Assembly: GCA_041748155.1 (NCBI GenBank)
Contig: JBGTDT010000030.1
Coordinates: 14,894-78,893, forward strand
Direction of reading: 5' to 3'
DNA from: Thermosynechococcaceae cyanobacterium
GTDB lineage: Bacteria; Cyanobacteriota; Cyanobacteriia; Thermosynechococcales; Thermosynechococcaceae
DNA: 64,000 nucleotides
Each line of letters begins with the position of its first letter. Position 1 is the stretch's first letter. The translations under genes and the position numbers were made by a program. Shown here piece by piece: positions 37,517-47,544 of this stretch. A model generated the notes under the pieces. The model ran no database searches. It saw only the letters and a list, made by a program, of their open reading frames with translations, and was not told the origin of the DNA.

Positions 37517-38617
37517 ATGAATAAAATTATTGTTAACGGGTCATTCTTAAAGCGTCGTGTGACGGGCGTAGCCCGCTACGCTCGCGAGATTACCACCCGA
37601 ATTTTGGAGAAAGAAAACATCTTTATAGCTTGTGATCAAGCAGCTCACCCAGAGCTTGAGCCTGGTAAAGTCTTTCATGTACCCCAGAGTTGGGCGACAA
37701 AGATTTTGGGGACAAAAGCCTGGAACCAATTTGATCTCCCCCGCTATATTGGCTCCAGCGTGTTATGGAGTCCTGAAAACATTGGACCCCTTGGGATTGT
37801 CAACCATGTTGTTACCGTTCATGACCTGTCTCCATTGGACCATCCAGAGTGGTTTCGTCCTAGTGTGGTAGCAGTATACAGATTTTATCTTCCTCGTCTA
37901 ATTAGACAGGCCAGGGTAGTTCTGACTGTTTCTGAATACTTTCGCAACCGCATTCTCAAGCAATTTCAGATACCAGAAGCCCAAGTCAGCGTAATTCCCT
38001 GTGCCGTTGATGCTCGATTCCATCCCTGTACCAGCAGTGAAGCTGTTGCTTTGCGCCAGCGATATAACCTGCCTGAGCAGTATATTTTGTCCCTCGGTTC
38101 TCTGGAACCTCGTAAAAACATCCGTAATCTTCTTGCCGCGTGGAAGCGCTTGCCACCTGAAGTTCATGATAACGTATCCCTTGTAGTTACCGGCGATCGC
38201 GGAGACGTTTTCGCGGAGCAAGACCACCGTTCTCAGATCAGTCAGATACCAGGGGTAATCTTTACAGGTTACCTAGCTGATCAAGATCTGCCAGCCTTGT
38301 ACTCAGCAGCCTCGGGGCTGGTTTACCCCTCCTTGTACGAGGGTTTTGGCCTACCTCCGCTTGAAGCAATGGCTTGTGGAACACCAGTTATTACCTGTAG
38401 GAACACTGCACTACCTGAGGTAGTCGGAGAAAGTGCTTTATTTGTGGACCCCTGTGACCCAGACTCAATCGCAGCGGCTATTCAATTAGTCATCAAGGAT
38501 AGAGGTTTGCGATCGCATCTATCTCAAGTTGGGCTAGACCGAGCAAAGCAATTTAGCTGGGACAAATCAGCAGACAGGGTGTATGGCAAGCTTAGTGAAA
38601 TAAGTCAAAAAAATTAA
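37517..38617 (+). CDS. Family-4 glycosyltransferase
   Basis: 366 aa. [19 protein letters not shown] and [23 protein letters not shown]. Confidence 0.85.
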   Translation: MNKIIVNGSFLKRRVTGVARYAREITTRILEKENIFIACDQAAHPELEPGKVFHVPQSWATKILGTKAWNQFDLPRYIGSSVLWSPENIGPLGIVNHVVTVHDLSPLDHPEWFRPSVVAVYRFYLPRLIRQARVVLTVSEYFRNRILKQFQIPEAQVSVIPCAVDARFHPCTSSEAVALRQRYNLPEQYILSLGSLEPRKNIRNLLAAWKRLPPEVHDNVSLVVTGDRGDVFAEQDHRSQISQIPGVIFTGYLADQDLPALYSAASGLVYPSLYEGFGLPPLEAMACGTPVITCRNTALPEVVGESALFVDPCDPDSIAAAIQLVIKDRGLRSHLSQVGLDRAKQFSWDKSADRVYGKLSEISQKN

Positions 38618-38653
38618 GTACACGCTGAAAGTATACAAGAGTAAACTTTAAAG

Positions 38654-40021
38654 ATGATTACTATTGCTACAAGTTTACTAGTAACTTCATTTGCAATTCT
38701 ACTAATCGTTTTCTTTCGCAAGAAGATAAATTTAATATCAAACTACACAGTATATGTTTTTTTTACTGTTCTTTACTCTGTATTCCCAACCCTAACTTTT
38801 CTCAAAATAGAACCGCAGATATGGTTTCGTCACTACACGCTCAATGAATCTGAATTACTAGTATCAACACAAATTCTAATCATGAGTTTGTGCAACATCA
38901 TCTTCGCATATGTTTTCTACTCAAGCTATAGAAAGTCAAATATCTCCGCTGTCAGGCCTCAGGCTGCCAAAAAGGATATTTATCAAAACCTAATCTTTAT
39001 CAGTTATACAATAGCGTGCCTAGCGCTAATACTTATTGGACTTAAGTATAGCTATACTTCTAATAGAGGAATAATAGTACACTCGATTATATCAAACGCG
39101 AAGACGATATTAGCATCAGTCTATGTGTTCTTTATCGTCAGATATGGACTGAGCTACCGTATACTTCTGATGTTTTTTGGCTATGTTTTTCTGCTGCTTG
39201 TTGAACAGTCGAGAATATACTTTGTCATGGTATTAGTTACAAGTTTGCTTTACTTACAGAATACAAAAGAAGTTAAGAAAGAAACACTAATAAGCACTAA
39301 CGGCTTGTTGCAAGTTATCAGTAGTGTCAAGACGGGAAAGCTAAGTAATAGGCAAATGATAGCTCTATTGTTAGTATCCTTTGTACTTTTATCCTATGTT
39401 GCATTAGCAAGGTCTGGTGTTAAAATTGAAGACTTCATAATCTTTCTTAATCCATTTTATATAGAAGGCGACTATGGATCATACATGATCTTACAAACCT
39501 ACGATCTAGTTTACAAAGGGGTCATTGACTTCTATACACTGTTTCTAGATTACCTGGTTGATCCAATTATTTATCTTTTGCCGAGATTCATTTTTATGCT
39601 CTCTGGAATAAACAAAGATGGTGTAGGAATATTTGAAACTTTTGTGGCTTCTTATGATCGCTACTTAGCCGAAAAATATGCCCCAGTCGGAGGTTTTCAT
39701 TACATCGCTCAAGCCTCTAGTGCTTTACCATTTCTGGGTCCACTACTTGTAACTTATATTTTTGCTAGAGTAACTGTCAGGGTAGAAAACTCTATGCGTA
39801 AAGCTACAGTCAGTAATTTTAGTGAGTTAACATACTATTTATACTCTTCTGGTTTTGCATTTGTCTTCATAAAAACCTTGTTTCATCAAACTGTAAAATA
39901 CTACGCAACACTTGCTATTCCTGCCTACTTTCTATTCTTTTTACTGAAAAGATATGATAAGGAAAAAGCAAAACGAAGTCACCAAAAAAACTTGCATTTT
40001 CAACGCTCGCTTTCTAACTAG
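38654..40021 (+). CDS. Polytopic membrane protein, Wzy-like polysaccharide polymerase candidate
   Basis: 455 aa with about 10 or more hydrophobic segments. AT-rich, sits between two GT4 genes. Assigned by context and topology only. Confidence 0.5.
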   Translation: MITIATSLLVTSFAILLIVFFRKKINLISNYTVYVFFTVLYSVFPTLTFLKIEPQIWFRHYTLNESELLVSTQILIMSLCNIIFAYVFYSSYRKSNISAVRPQAAKKDIYQNLIFISYTIACLALILIGLKYSYTSNRGIIVHSIISNAKTILASVYVFFIVRYGLSYRILLMFFGYVFLLLVEQSRIYFVMVLVTSLLYLQNTKEVKKETLISTNGLLQVISSVKTGKLSNRQMIALLLVSFVLLSYVALARSGVKIEDFIIFLNPFYIEGDYGSYMILQTYDLVYKGVIDFYTLFLDYLVDPIIYLLPRFIFMLSGINKDGVGIFETFVASYDRYLAEKYAPVGGFHYIAQASSALPFLGPLLVTYIFARVTVRVENSMRKATVSNFSELTYYLYSSGFAFVFIKTLFHQTVKYYATLAIPAYFLFFLLKRYDKEKAKRSHQKNLHFQRSLSN

Positions 40022-41090
40022 GCCTGTCACTGGAGTTGAGCGATATGCAACTGAACTTCTAAAGGCTTTGGATTTTTTAATCGACATTGGAGAGATAAGC
40101 TCCAAACAATTCTCCTTTGAGTTACTAGCTCCAAAAAATGTTAAGCATAGTCTTAACCTTAAGCATATACCTCTTAAATGTGTGGGGCTATTTAGTGGTC
40201 ATCTGTGGGAGCAGCTAGAATTACCTTTTTATGCTAAAGGTGCTCTGCTAATTAACTTGTGTAATACAGCACCGTTACTAACTCGTCTTCAAATTGTAAC
40301 CATTCATGATGCAGTAGTTTATGCTTTTCCCGACGCTTACTCTTTCATTTTCCGGTCTTGGTACCAACTACTTTGGCCGAGCTTAGGGGTAGTTGCTAAA
40401 CAGATACTGACAACTTCACTATTCTCAAAAAAAGAATTGATGCAGCATTGCAAGATAAGCCAAGAAAAGTTGCAGATAGTCTATGCAGGAAAAGAACATA
40501 TCCTTGCTATACAGTCAGATGAAAAGGTTTTTCTAAAACATGGCTTAGTAGGTCGGAAGTATGCGTTGGCAGTCAGTAGCTTAAACCCTAATAAAAACTT
40601 TTCTTCTATCGTTCGAGCTATCGAAATATTGGGTGATGTTGACTTTGATATTGTGATTGTGGGGGGTGCTAATCCAAAAATTTTTAGCCAGACGCAAATA
40701 TCCCTGCCCAATAGTGTTAAGTACTTAGGTTATGTAAGTGATGCTGAGCTGAAAGCTCTATATGAGTATGCAAGCTGTTTTATCTACCCTTCTTTTTACG
40801 AGGGATTTGGTTTACCCCCACTTGAGGCAATGGCCTGTGGTTGCCCAGTAATAGTTTCTGGTGCTGCCTCCCTACCTGAAGCATGTGCTGATGCAGCTCT
40901 GTATTGTGACCCCTATGACCTCGAAGACATCGCCAACAAGCTGGTTATGCTGATGAATAACACCAAACTTCGTGAAGAGCTACGGCAAAAAGGTTTGGAA
41001 CGTGCTAAACAGTTTACTTGGCAGAAGTGTGCTAGAGAGGCTTTTGCCGTAATCGAAAAAGTCCTAGCTTCGCAGGCTTTTTACTTTTAA
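39954..41090 (+). CDS. Family-4 glycosyltransferase (paralog of 37517-38617)
   Basis: 378 aa. FNARFLTRPVTGVERYATEL and [23 protein letters not shown]. The only in-frame start overlaps the upstream gene by 68 nt. Confidence 0.8.
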   Translation: MIRKKQNEVTKKTCIFNARFLTRPVTGVERYATELLKALDFLIDIGEISSKQFSFELLAPKNVKHSLNLKHIPLKCVGLFSGHLWEQLELPFYAKGALLINLCNTAPLLTRLQIVTIHDAVVYAFPDAYSFIFRSWYQLLWPSLGVVAKQILTTSLFSKKELMQHCKISQEKLQIVYAGKEHILAIQSDEKVFLKHGLVGRKYALAVSSLNPNKNFSSIVRAIEILGDVDFDIVIVGGANPKIFSQTQISLPNSVKYLGYVSDAELKALYEYASCFIYPSFYEGFGLPPLEAMACGCPVIVSGAASLPEACADAALYCDPYDLEDIANKLVMLMNNTKLREELRQKGLERAKQFTWQKCAREAFAVIEKVLASQAFYF

Positions 41091-41635
41091 GGCTTACTTA
41101 TCAGAACTACCAAGTCTTCTAGCTTTCAAGTGGTTTTAACTAGATAGACCTAATCTTTTACTCAATTTTACTGCTTTGCCCTTAGTTAAAGACTTAAGAA
41201 GTGATAATCAACTAAATTTCCTCAAGCTATAGGAGTTTGTTGTTACAAAAGGACCTAATTATGTTTATTTGATTTCTAATTGCAAGAACCTGCAAGCAGT
41301 TAGGCTTGTACAAAAGCTACTTCTACAGAAGCCTTGAGCTTAAAAATTAAATTCAAGTTGATAAATTTTGCTCTTGATGGCTAAGTAGGTAAAGTTGAAG
41401 ATTTTTGCCTTTCTCATGAAAGAAGCTTTAAAGGTAGGTGTGATGGTGTATTCATTTAGCACACTCATAGATCTGCTAGATAATTCTTAGCGTCGAGTCT
41501 GCAACTGCTACAACATAGCTTTACGGAATCTTCTTTGGGTTGCGCTAAGGTTACAAGATAGCTGTAACTTAATATAGAGGCCAGCATGCTTGTTTTGATT
41601 CAGCTTTGCTCTGGAGTGTCTTGCTGCAAACTCAG

Positions 41636-42769
41636 ATGAAAATCGCCATTGTTCATGATTGGCTACTGGTCTATGGCGGCGCCGAGCGAGTGCTGGAGCA
41701 TATTCTTTTGCTTTTCCCCGATGCAGACTTATTTAGCTTGGTAGATTTCTTGCCTCAAGATCAGCGTGATTTCATTCAGAACAAGCCTGTTAAAACCTCT
41801 TTTATCCAAAACCTACCCCTTGCTAAAGAGAAATATCGGCAGTATCTATTGCTGATGCCGCTTGCCGTAGAGCAGTTTGATTTATCTGGCTACGACTTGG
41901 TGATTTCTAACTCCTATGCAGTCGCTAAGGGTGTCTTAACAGGACCAGACCAGTTACATCTATGTATATGCTGCTCCCCAATTCGTTACGCCTGGGACTT
42001 GCAGCACCAATATTTGAGAGAGACAGGATTAGATCAAGGCGTGAAAGGCTGGATAGCGAAGTGGTTCCTTCACAGAATGCGCTTGTGGGATGCTCGAACA
42101 GCCAACGGTGTAGATGAGTTTATTGCAATTTCAAAATTTATTGCTCGCCGAATTTGGAAAGTTTACCATCGCAAGTCTACAGTGATTTACCCTCCAGTAG
42201 ATGTTAAGAACTTTGCCTTGTGTGAGATCAAAGAAGACTTTTACCTGACCGCATCACGTATGGTGCCTTACAAACACATCGATCTGATTGTGAAGGCTTT
42301 TTCTCAGATGCCCGATAAAAAATTAATTGTGATTGGTGATGGACCAGACTTTGAGAAGATTCATACCCACTCGGGAGACAACATTGTCCTGTTGGGCTAT
42401 CAAACCTTTGATGTGTTAAAGAACTATATGCAGCGAGCAAAGGCTTTTGTGTTTGCAGCAGAAGAAGACTTTGGAATCACTCCTGTAGAAGCACAGTCTT
42501 GTGGCACGCCAGTGATCGCTTTCGGTAAAGGTGGAGCCCTGGAGACGATTCGTGGTCTAACTCGTGAACAACCAACGGGTATCTTTTTTGAGCATCAAGA
42601 CGTCAACAGCCTCAAGGACGCAGTGATGCTGTTTGAAAAATCCTGCGATTTTATTTTTCCAACTGCCTGCCGAGCAAACGCTATACGGTTCAGCGAGGAG
42701 CGGTTTCGGGATGAAATGGGAAGTTACATTGATAAAGCATGGCATAAATTTCAAAGACGGCTAGACTGA
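41636..42769 (+). CDS. Family-4 glycosyltransferase
   Basis: The ATG at 41636 gives MKIAIVHDWLLVYGGAERVLE. EDFGITPVEAQSCGTPVIAFGKGGALE. The TTG at 41606 in the ORF track is less likely. Confidence 0.85.
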   Translation: MKIAIVHDWLLVYGGAERVLEHILLLFPDADLFSLVDFLPQDQRDFIQNKPVKTSFIQNLPLAKEKYRQYLLLMPLAVEQFDLSGYDLVISNSYAVAKGVLTGPDQLHLCICCSPIRYAWDLQHQYLRETGLDQGVKGWIAKWFLHRMRLWDARTANGVDEFIAISKFIARRIWKVYHRKSTVIYPPVDVKNFALCEIKEDFYLTASRMVPYKHIDLIVKAFSQMPDKKLIVIGDGPDFEKIHTHSGDNIVLLGYQTFDVLKNYMQRAKAFVFAAEEDFGITPVEAQSCGTPVIAFGKGGALETIRGLTREQPTGIFFEHQDVNSLKDAVMLFEKSCDFIFPTACRANAIRFSEERFRDEMGSYIDKAWHKFQRRLD

Positions 42770-42884
42770 TTAGGACATAATTCAGTAATGCTTTCGAGCA
42801 TAGAAAGTTCTTAATCGGTGCTGTGACTATACTGATGATTGAGATTTAAAGGTGCAAAAGGTAAGGTAAGGTAAGAGAAGGGTT

Positions 42885-43898
42885 ATGAAAAAAGCCCTGA
42901 TTTGCGGTATATCTGGTCAGGATGGAGCTTACCTAGCTCGCTTCGCTTTGAGTAAGGGCTACGAGGTTTGGGGTACGTCCCGTGATGCCCAAATGGCATC
43001 GTTCCAAAACCTAGTCCGTTTAGGCATTCGTGAGCAAGTCAAAGTTGAGTCAGTTGCTTTGAATGACTTCCGCAGTGTCTTACAGGTGTTGATGAAGATT
43101 CATCCTGATGAAGTTTATAACCTAGCAGGACAAAGTTCAGTCGGTCTTTCTTTTCAACAGCCTGTTGAAACGCTGGAGAGCATCAGCATCGGAACCTTGA
43201 ATCTCTTAGAAGCCATCCGCTTTACAGGCCAACCGATCAAATTCTACAATGCAAATTCTAGCGAGTGCTTTGGCGATGCAGGCGGTATGGCTGCTGATGA
43301 GGTGACTCCCTTTCGTCCCAGAAGTCCCTATGCGGTAGCCAAGGCAGCGGCCTTTTGGGAGTTAGCCAACTACCGCGAAGCCTATGGCCTGTTTGCTTGT
43401 TCTGGGATTCTCTTCAATCATGAATCTCCCTTAAGGCCGGAGCGGTTTGTCACCAAGAAAATTGTTGCTGCGGCCTGTCGGATTGCTGCTGGTAGCCAAG
43501 AAAAACTTCATTTGGGCAACATTTCGATTCAACGAGATTGGGGCTGGGCACCTGAATACGTTGAGGCTATGTGGTTGATCTTGCAGCAAGAACGACCCGA
43601 TGATTTCGTAATTGCGACTGGTAAGTCCTACAAGCTAGAAGAATTTGTCGAAATGGCCTTTGCCTGTGTGGATCTAAATTGGCATGACCATGTTGTCAGC
43701 GATCCGAGATTACTTCGACCTACTGATCTTGCAGTCGGAAAGGGGAATCCAGCAAAAGCCTCAGAAAAGCTAGGATGGCATGTGAAATACCAGATGCCAG
43801 ATGTGGTGCGAATGATGGTTCAGGCAGAACAGTCAGGAAGTTTAGACTTACCAAGTGTTTCCCGTCTTGCCTGGGAAACAACCAGAACCTCCTGTTAG
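42885..43898 (+). CDS. gmd: GDP-mannose 4,6-dehydratase
   Basis: 337 aa. KKALICGISGQDGAYLARFALSKGYEVWG, SPYAVAK, and ILFNHESPLRPERFVTKKI. Confidence 0.9.
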   Translation: MKKALICGISGQDGAYLARFALSKGYEVWGTSRDAQMASFQNLVRLGIREQVKVESVALNDFRSVLQVLMKIHPDEVYNLAGQSSVGLSFQQPVETLESISIGTLNLLEAIRFTGQPIKFYNANSSECFGDAGGMAADEVTPFRPRSPYAVAKAAAFWELANYREAYGLFACSGILFNHESPLRPERFVTKKIVAAACRIAAGSQEKLHLGNISIQRDWGWAPEYVEAMWLILQQERPDDFVIATGKSYKLEEFVEMAFACVDLNWHDHVVSDPRLLRPTDLAVGKGNPAKASEKLGWHVKYQMPDVVRMMVQAEQSGSLDLPSVSRLAWETTRTSC

Positions 43899-43997
43899 CC
43901 TGGAATAAATAGTTCTATCTACAATTTAAGGCTTTGTCGCTAAAAATTTCCCTCTTACCTCCCCATAATAAGAGTAGTGCTTCAAACGCTCTAGACA

Positions 43998-45515
43998 ATG
44001 GCAAGGGATCTGCGGGAATTTCTAAAACAACTTGAGCAAAAGGGTCAGTTGAAGAGGATCTCAGCCCTCGTTGATCCGGACTTGGAAATTGCTGAGATCG
44101 CAAATCGAATGCTGCAGCGGGGTGGCCCAGCTCTGCTATTTGAAAATGTTAAAGGCGCGGCATACCCTGTCGCTGTAAACCTGCTAGGGACAGTAGAGCG
44201 GGTCTGTTGGGCCATGAACCTGCAACACCCAGAGGAGCTAGAGACACTGGGTAAAAAGCTAAGTCTGTTGCAGCAACCCAAGCCTCCAAAGACAATTACT
44301 CAAGCCGTTGAATTTGGTAAGGTGCTATTTGATCTGCTTCGAGCCAAACCAAGCCGTCAGGGTCTTTTGCAGCGGGTTCCCTGCCAGCAAGCCGCTGCAA
44401 AAGACCCTGACTTAGACCTAAATCAGGTTCCGATGATTCGTCCCTATTCAGGAGATGGCGGCAAGATTATCACTATGGGTCTAGTCATTACAAAGGATTG
44501 TGAGACTGGAACGCCGAATGTTGGAGTCTATCGCCTCCAACTCCAGTCGCGGAATACGATGACTGTTCACTGGCTGTCTGTGCGAGGCGGAGCCCGGCAT
44601 CTCCGAAAAGCGGCAGAACGGGGTAAGAAATTAGAAGTAGCGATCGCCCTGGGTGTTGACCCCTTAATCTTGATGGCCGCGGCCACCCCCATTCCCATTG
44701 ATTTGTCAGAATGGCTATTTGCCGGACTCTATGGCGGCTCTGGGGTAACCCTAGCCAAGTGTAAAACGGTGGATTTAGAGGTGCCTGCCGACTCGGAGTT
44801 TGTCCTAGAAGGGACAATCACCCCTGGAGAAATTTTACCAGACGGCCCCTTTGGCGATCACATGGGCTATTACGGTGGTGTGGAAGACTCGCCGCTGATT
44901 CGCTTCCACTACCTAAGCCATCGCCACGACCCAATTTACCTGACGACCTTTAGTGGTCGCCCGCCGAAGGAAGAAGCAATGATGGCGATCGCCCTCAACC
45001 GGATTTATACCCCGATTCTGCGCCAACAGGTTTCAGAGATTGTCGATTTCTTTTTGCCAATGGAAGCTCTTAGCTATAAAGCAGCGATTATCTCCATTGA
45101 CAAAGTCTATCCGGGTCAAGCTCGTCGGGCTGCCCTGGCCTTTTGGAGTGCCCTACCCCAGTTCACCTACACCAAGTTTGTGATTGTGGTAGATAAAACA
45201 ATCAATGTTCGTGACCCGCGTCAAGTCGTTTGGGCAATTAGCTCTAAGGTCGATCCGGTCCGCGATGTCTTTATCTTGCCGGAAACCCCCTTTGATACCC
45301 TGGACTTTGCCAGCGAAAAAATTGGTCTGGGGGGCCGGATGGGGATTGATGCCACGACCAAAATGCCCCCTGAAACTGACCACCCTTGGGGAGAGGCGTT
45401 AGAATCCGATCCGGATGTAGCAGCAATGGTAGAGCGGCGCTGGGCTGAGTATGGCTTGGCCGATCTACATTTGGGGGAAGTGGACCCAAATTTGTTTGGG
45501 TACGACATGCGGTAG
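43998..45515 (+). CDS. ubiD: UbiD-family (prenylated-FMN-dependent) decarboxylase
   Basis: 505 aa. MARDLREFLKQLEQKGQLKRI start, GPALLFENVKG, PNVGVYRLQ, and GPFGDHMGYY. Confidence 0.9.
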   Translation: MARDLREFLKQLEQKGQLKRISALVDPDLEIAEIANRMLQRGGPALLFENVKGAAYPVAVNLLGTVERVCWAMNLQHPEELETLGKKLSLLQQPKPPKTITQAVEFGKVLFDLLRAKPSRQGLLQRVPCQQAAAKDPDLDLNQVPMIRPYSGDGGKIITMGLVITKDCETGTPNVGVYRLQLQSRNTMTVHWLSVRGGARHLRKAAERGKKLEVAIALGVDPLILMAAATPIPIDLSEWLFAGLYGGSGVTLAKCKTVDLEVPADSEFVLEGTITPGEILPDGPFGDHMGYYGGVEDSPLIRFHYLSHRHDPIYLTTFSGRPPKEEAMMAIALNRIYTPILRQQVSEIVDFFLPMEALSYKAAIISIDKVYPGQARRAALAFWSALPQFTYTKFVIVVDKTINVRDPRQVVWAISSKVDPVRDVFILPETPFDTLDFASEKIGLGGRMGIDATTKMPPETDHPWGEALESDPDVAAMVERRWAEYGLADLHLGEVDPNLFGYDMR

Positions 45516-45522
45516 AAGTTTG

Positions 45523-46161
45523 TTAAGGCCGAAACTGGGCTAATAACCAAGTACCCACTTGAGCGTGATCGCCCTGCCGACTACGGCGTAAGGCTTCTTC
45601 TAGCACAGAGAGTACTAACCCTGGAAATACCTGGGACTCAGTAACGCGACGACTGCCTCGATTCGCGATGGCAAACGCCAGAATTTGGATACTCTTCACA
45701 TCTATGATCCAATACTCTTTTACCTCCAGGTCTTCGTAGAGCAACCGTTTTGCACCTTGATCATCTACTAGGGAAGTACTCGCCACTTCGATCACCAAGT
45801 CGGGGGCAGGATACTTGCTTAAGTCAATTATGGTTGTGCCCCAAGGTACAACTTGGGCTTGTTCCCTGACGTAATAAGAAATATCAGGCTGACATTCTCG
45901 AACTCCTGCCTTTCGGTAGGTGCAGTTATCTTTCGCCCGGTAGGGAATTCCTTTGAGGGTAGCGAAGAGATTGACAGCAAAGGTAATCATTGAGTGGTCA
46001 TCAGCATGATCAGACCCCACTGGTGACATCTCAACCCTCATTTTCCCGTTGTAGTAGTAACCCTTTGCTTTTTCGTAGTTAGGGTCTTCAATTACCTGAA
46101 CGTAGCCATTCCAAGTCGCCGCTACCCAGGTATCAGCCTCTAGCTTTGTTTTCACCTTCAT
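45523..46161 (-). CDS. Uma2 (DUF820) family putative endonuclease
   Basis: 212 aa. QPDISYY ... APDLVIEVASTS ... YEDLEVKEYWIIDV. Second copy of this family in the window. Confidence 0.75.
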   Translation of the reverse strand: MKVKTKLEADTWVAATWNGYVQVIEDPNYEKAKGYYYNGKMRVEMSPVGSDHADDHSMITFAVNLFATLKGIPYRAKDNCTYRKAGVRECQPDISYYVREQAQVVPWGTTIIDLSKYPAPDLVIEVASTSLVDDQGAKRLLYEDLEVKEYWIIDVKSIQILAFAIANRGSRRVTESQVFPGLVLSVLEEALRRSRQGDHAQVGTWLLAQFRP

Positions 46162-46220
46162 CGTCTAATTCTCCTGCTGACACCGGAAGTTTTGGCGGGC
46201 CAGTCTAACCTAGGGCAAGC

Positions 46221-46628
46221 TTAGGTCTGATTGCCCTCTCCTGTCCGCTCAGGGTTTTGTACACCAGTCAGTCGATTCCAGAGTTGGTAGCCGACCTCAG
46301 TTTTGGGCACGTACCAGTTATCTGGGCCAGCCTCCATCACCCCCATCGCCACAAACTCTTTGGGCTTTGCGTCTTTAAGATTGATGTACTTTGCACCCTG
46401 TTCCAGACGACTGCCTGCGGGAAGCACCGGAATTTGCTTCAGCTCATCGTTGGTTAACTCTGGAAGTTGGCGCTGGATCTCTTTGATCTCAGAAGCGTTA
46501 GGAGCGTCTTTCTCAGGATGTTCTCCCTCAAGCCCAACGTTTCGACCAGCCATAGGGTGGGGATTCAGATCCTTTTGCCAGTCTTCGGATTGCTCCTCAG
46601 GACGTCCGGGTGTTTGTTGCTCAGCCAT
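46221..46628 (-). CDS. Hypothetical protein
   Basis: 135-aa ORF with an acidic N-terminus. No motif recognised. Coding status is judged from length and composition only. Confidence 0.45.
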   Translation of the reverse strand: MAEQQTPGRPEEQSEDWQKDLNPHPMAGRNVGLEGEHPEKDAPNASEIKEIQRQLPELTNDELKQIPVLPAGSRLEQGAKYINLKDAKPKEFVAMGVMEAGPDNWYVPKTEVGYQLWNRLTGVQNPERTGEGNQT

Positions 46629-46826
46629 CTCAAAAGTCTCCTCGAATCTTATATCCTTTTGTAGGAGGAAGCACTGGCGAAAAGGAATCAGTAGCAGCCT
46701 TTTCTGTTCAGCTATGCTTGTCTACTACTGCTAATCTACTCAATATTGGAGCCCAGTGAGGATCTGCCTAGAGGTAGGCTTCCACCCTAGAGATAAATTG
46801 GGACTACAAGTACAGCAATTTTCCCT

Positions 46827-47261
46827 TTGAACAACAGCGACTATCAGTCACAGGTACAACACCTGATCAAGATCCTCAAAAAAGACCTGCCAACGCTTTT
46901 TGAGCAAGATATCTCCTACGATATCTACACTCAGGATATTTACTTTCAAGATCCGGTCAATACATTTAAAGGCAAAACCAACTACCGGATTATCTTCTGG
47001 ACGCTCCGATTTCATGGTCAGCTATTCTTTACAAAGCTCTGGTTCGATCTGCACGATGTTCATCAAGCTGACAAAGACACTGTCTTAGCTCAGTGGACTG
47101 TTCGCGGTACTCTGCGTGTGCCTTGGAAAGCCCGTGTGTTCTTTAATGGCTGCTCGACATACAAACTCAATGAAGCGGTCCTGATCTATAAACACCTCGA
47201 CACCTGGGACCGTAAGCCGGGGGAAATTCTCAGGCAATTCTTTCGCAAGGGTGCTCCCTGA
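46827..47261 (+). CDS. DUF2358-like (SnoaL-fold) protein
   Basis: 144 aa with a TTG start. DIYTQDIYFQDPVNTFKGKTNYRIIFWTLRFHG resembles DUF2358 proteins. Confidence 0.55.
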   Translation: MNNSDYQSQVQHLIKILKKDLPTLFEQDISYDIYTQDIYFQDPVNTFKGKTNYRIIFWTLRFHGQLFFTKLWFDLHDVHQADKDTVLAQWTVRGTLRVPWKARVFFNGCSTYKLNEAVLIYKHLDTWDRKPGEILRQFFRKGAP

Positions 47262-47317
47262 TCAGTAAGTCGATCGCGGAGAAACCACGCGAATGCCCTT
47301 AGAGTATTAGATCTCCA

Positions 47318-47527
47318 GTTCAGAACTTCACTATTCGAGTTCAGAACTCCACCAGTCAAGCTCAGAACACCAGTGTTCAAGCTCAGAACTCAAAACTTCC
47401 AGTTCAACACTCCAGCAGTCAAGCTTAGAACTCAAAATTTGCAGCTCAAGACTGCAACACTCAAGCTTAGAACTCGAAACTCCAACCTTAGAACTAGACC
47501 GTTCAAGTTTTGAACTGCAACGGTCGA
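47318..47527. repeat. Ten tandem 21-bp units (each three degenerate heptamers), plus an eleventh decayed unit running into the helicase stop codon
   Basis: Units read directly at an exact 21-nt spacing: gttcagaacttcactattcga, gttcagaactccaccagtcaa, gctcagaacaccagtgttcaa, gctcagaactcaaaacttcca, gttcaacactccagcagtcaa, gcttagaactcaaaatttgca, gctcaagactgcaacactcaa, gcttagaactcgaaactccaa, ccttagaactagaccgttcaa, gttttgaactgcaacggtcga. Confidence 0.9.
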
Positions 47528-47544
47528 GCTTTAATAGAAATGCT

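Noticed and set aside
18048-43898. tRNA-Gly-anchored integrative genomic island
   Set aside because: There is no integrase or recombinase. I found no repeat of the tRNA 3' end near 43.9 kb. Two ordinary genes lie between the tRNA and the island.
47318-47527. CRISPR array
   Set aside because: The repeats are contiguous with no spacers, are degenerate, and no cas genes are in the window.
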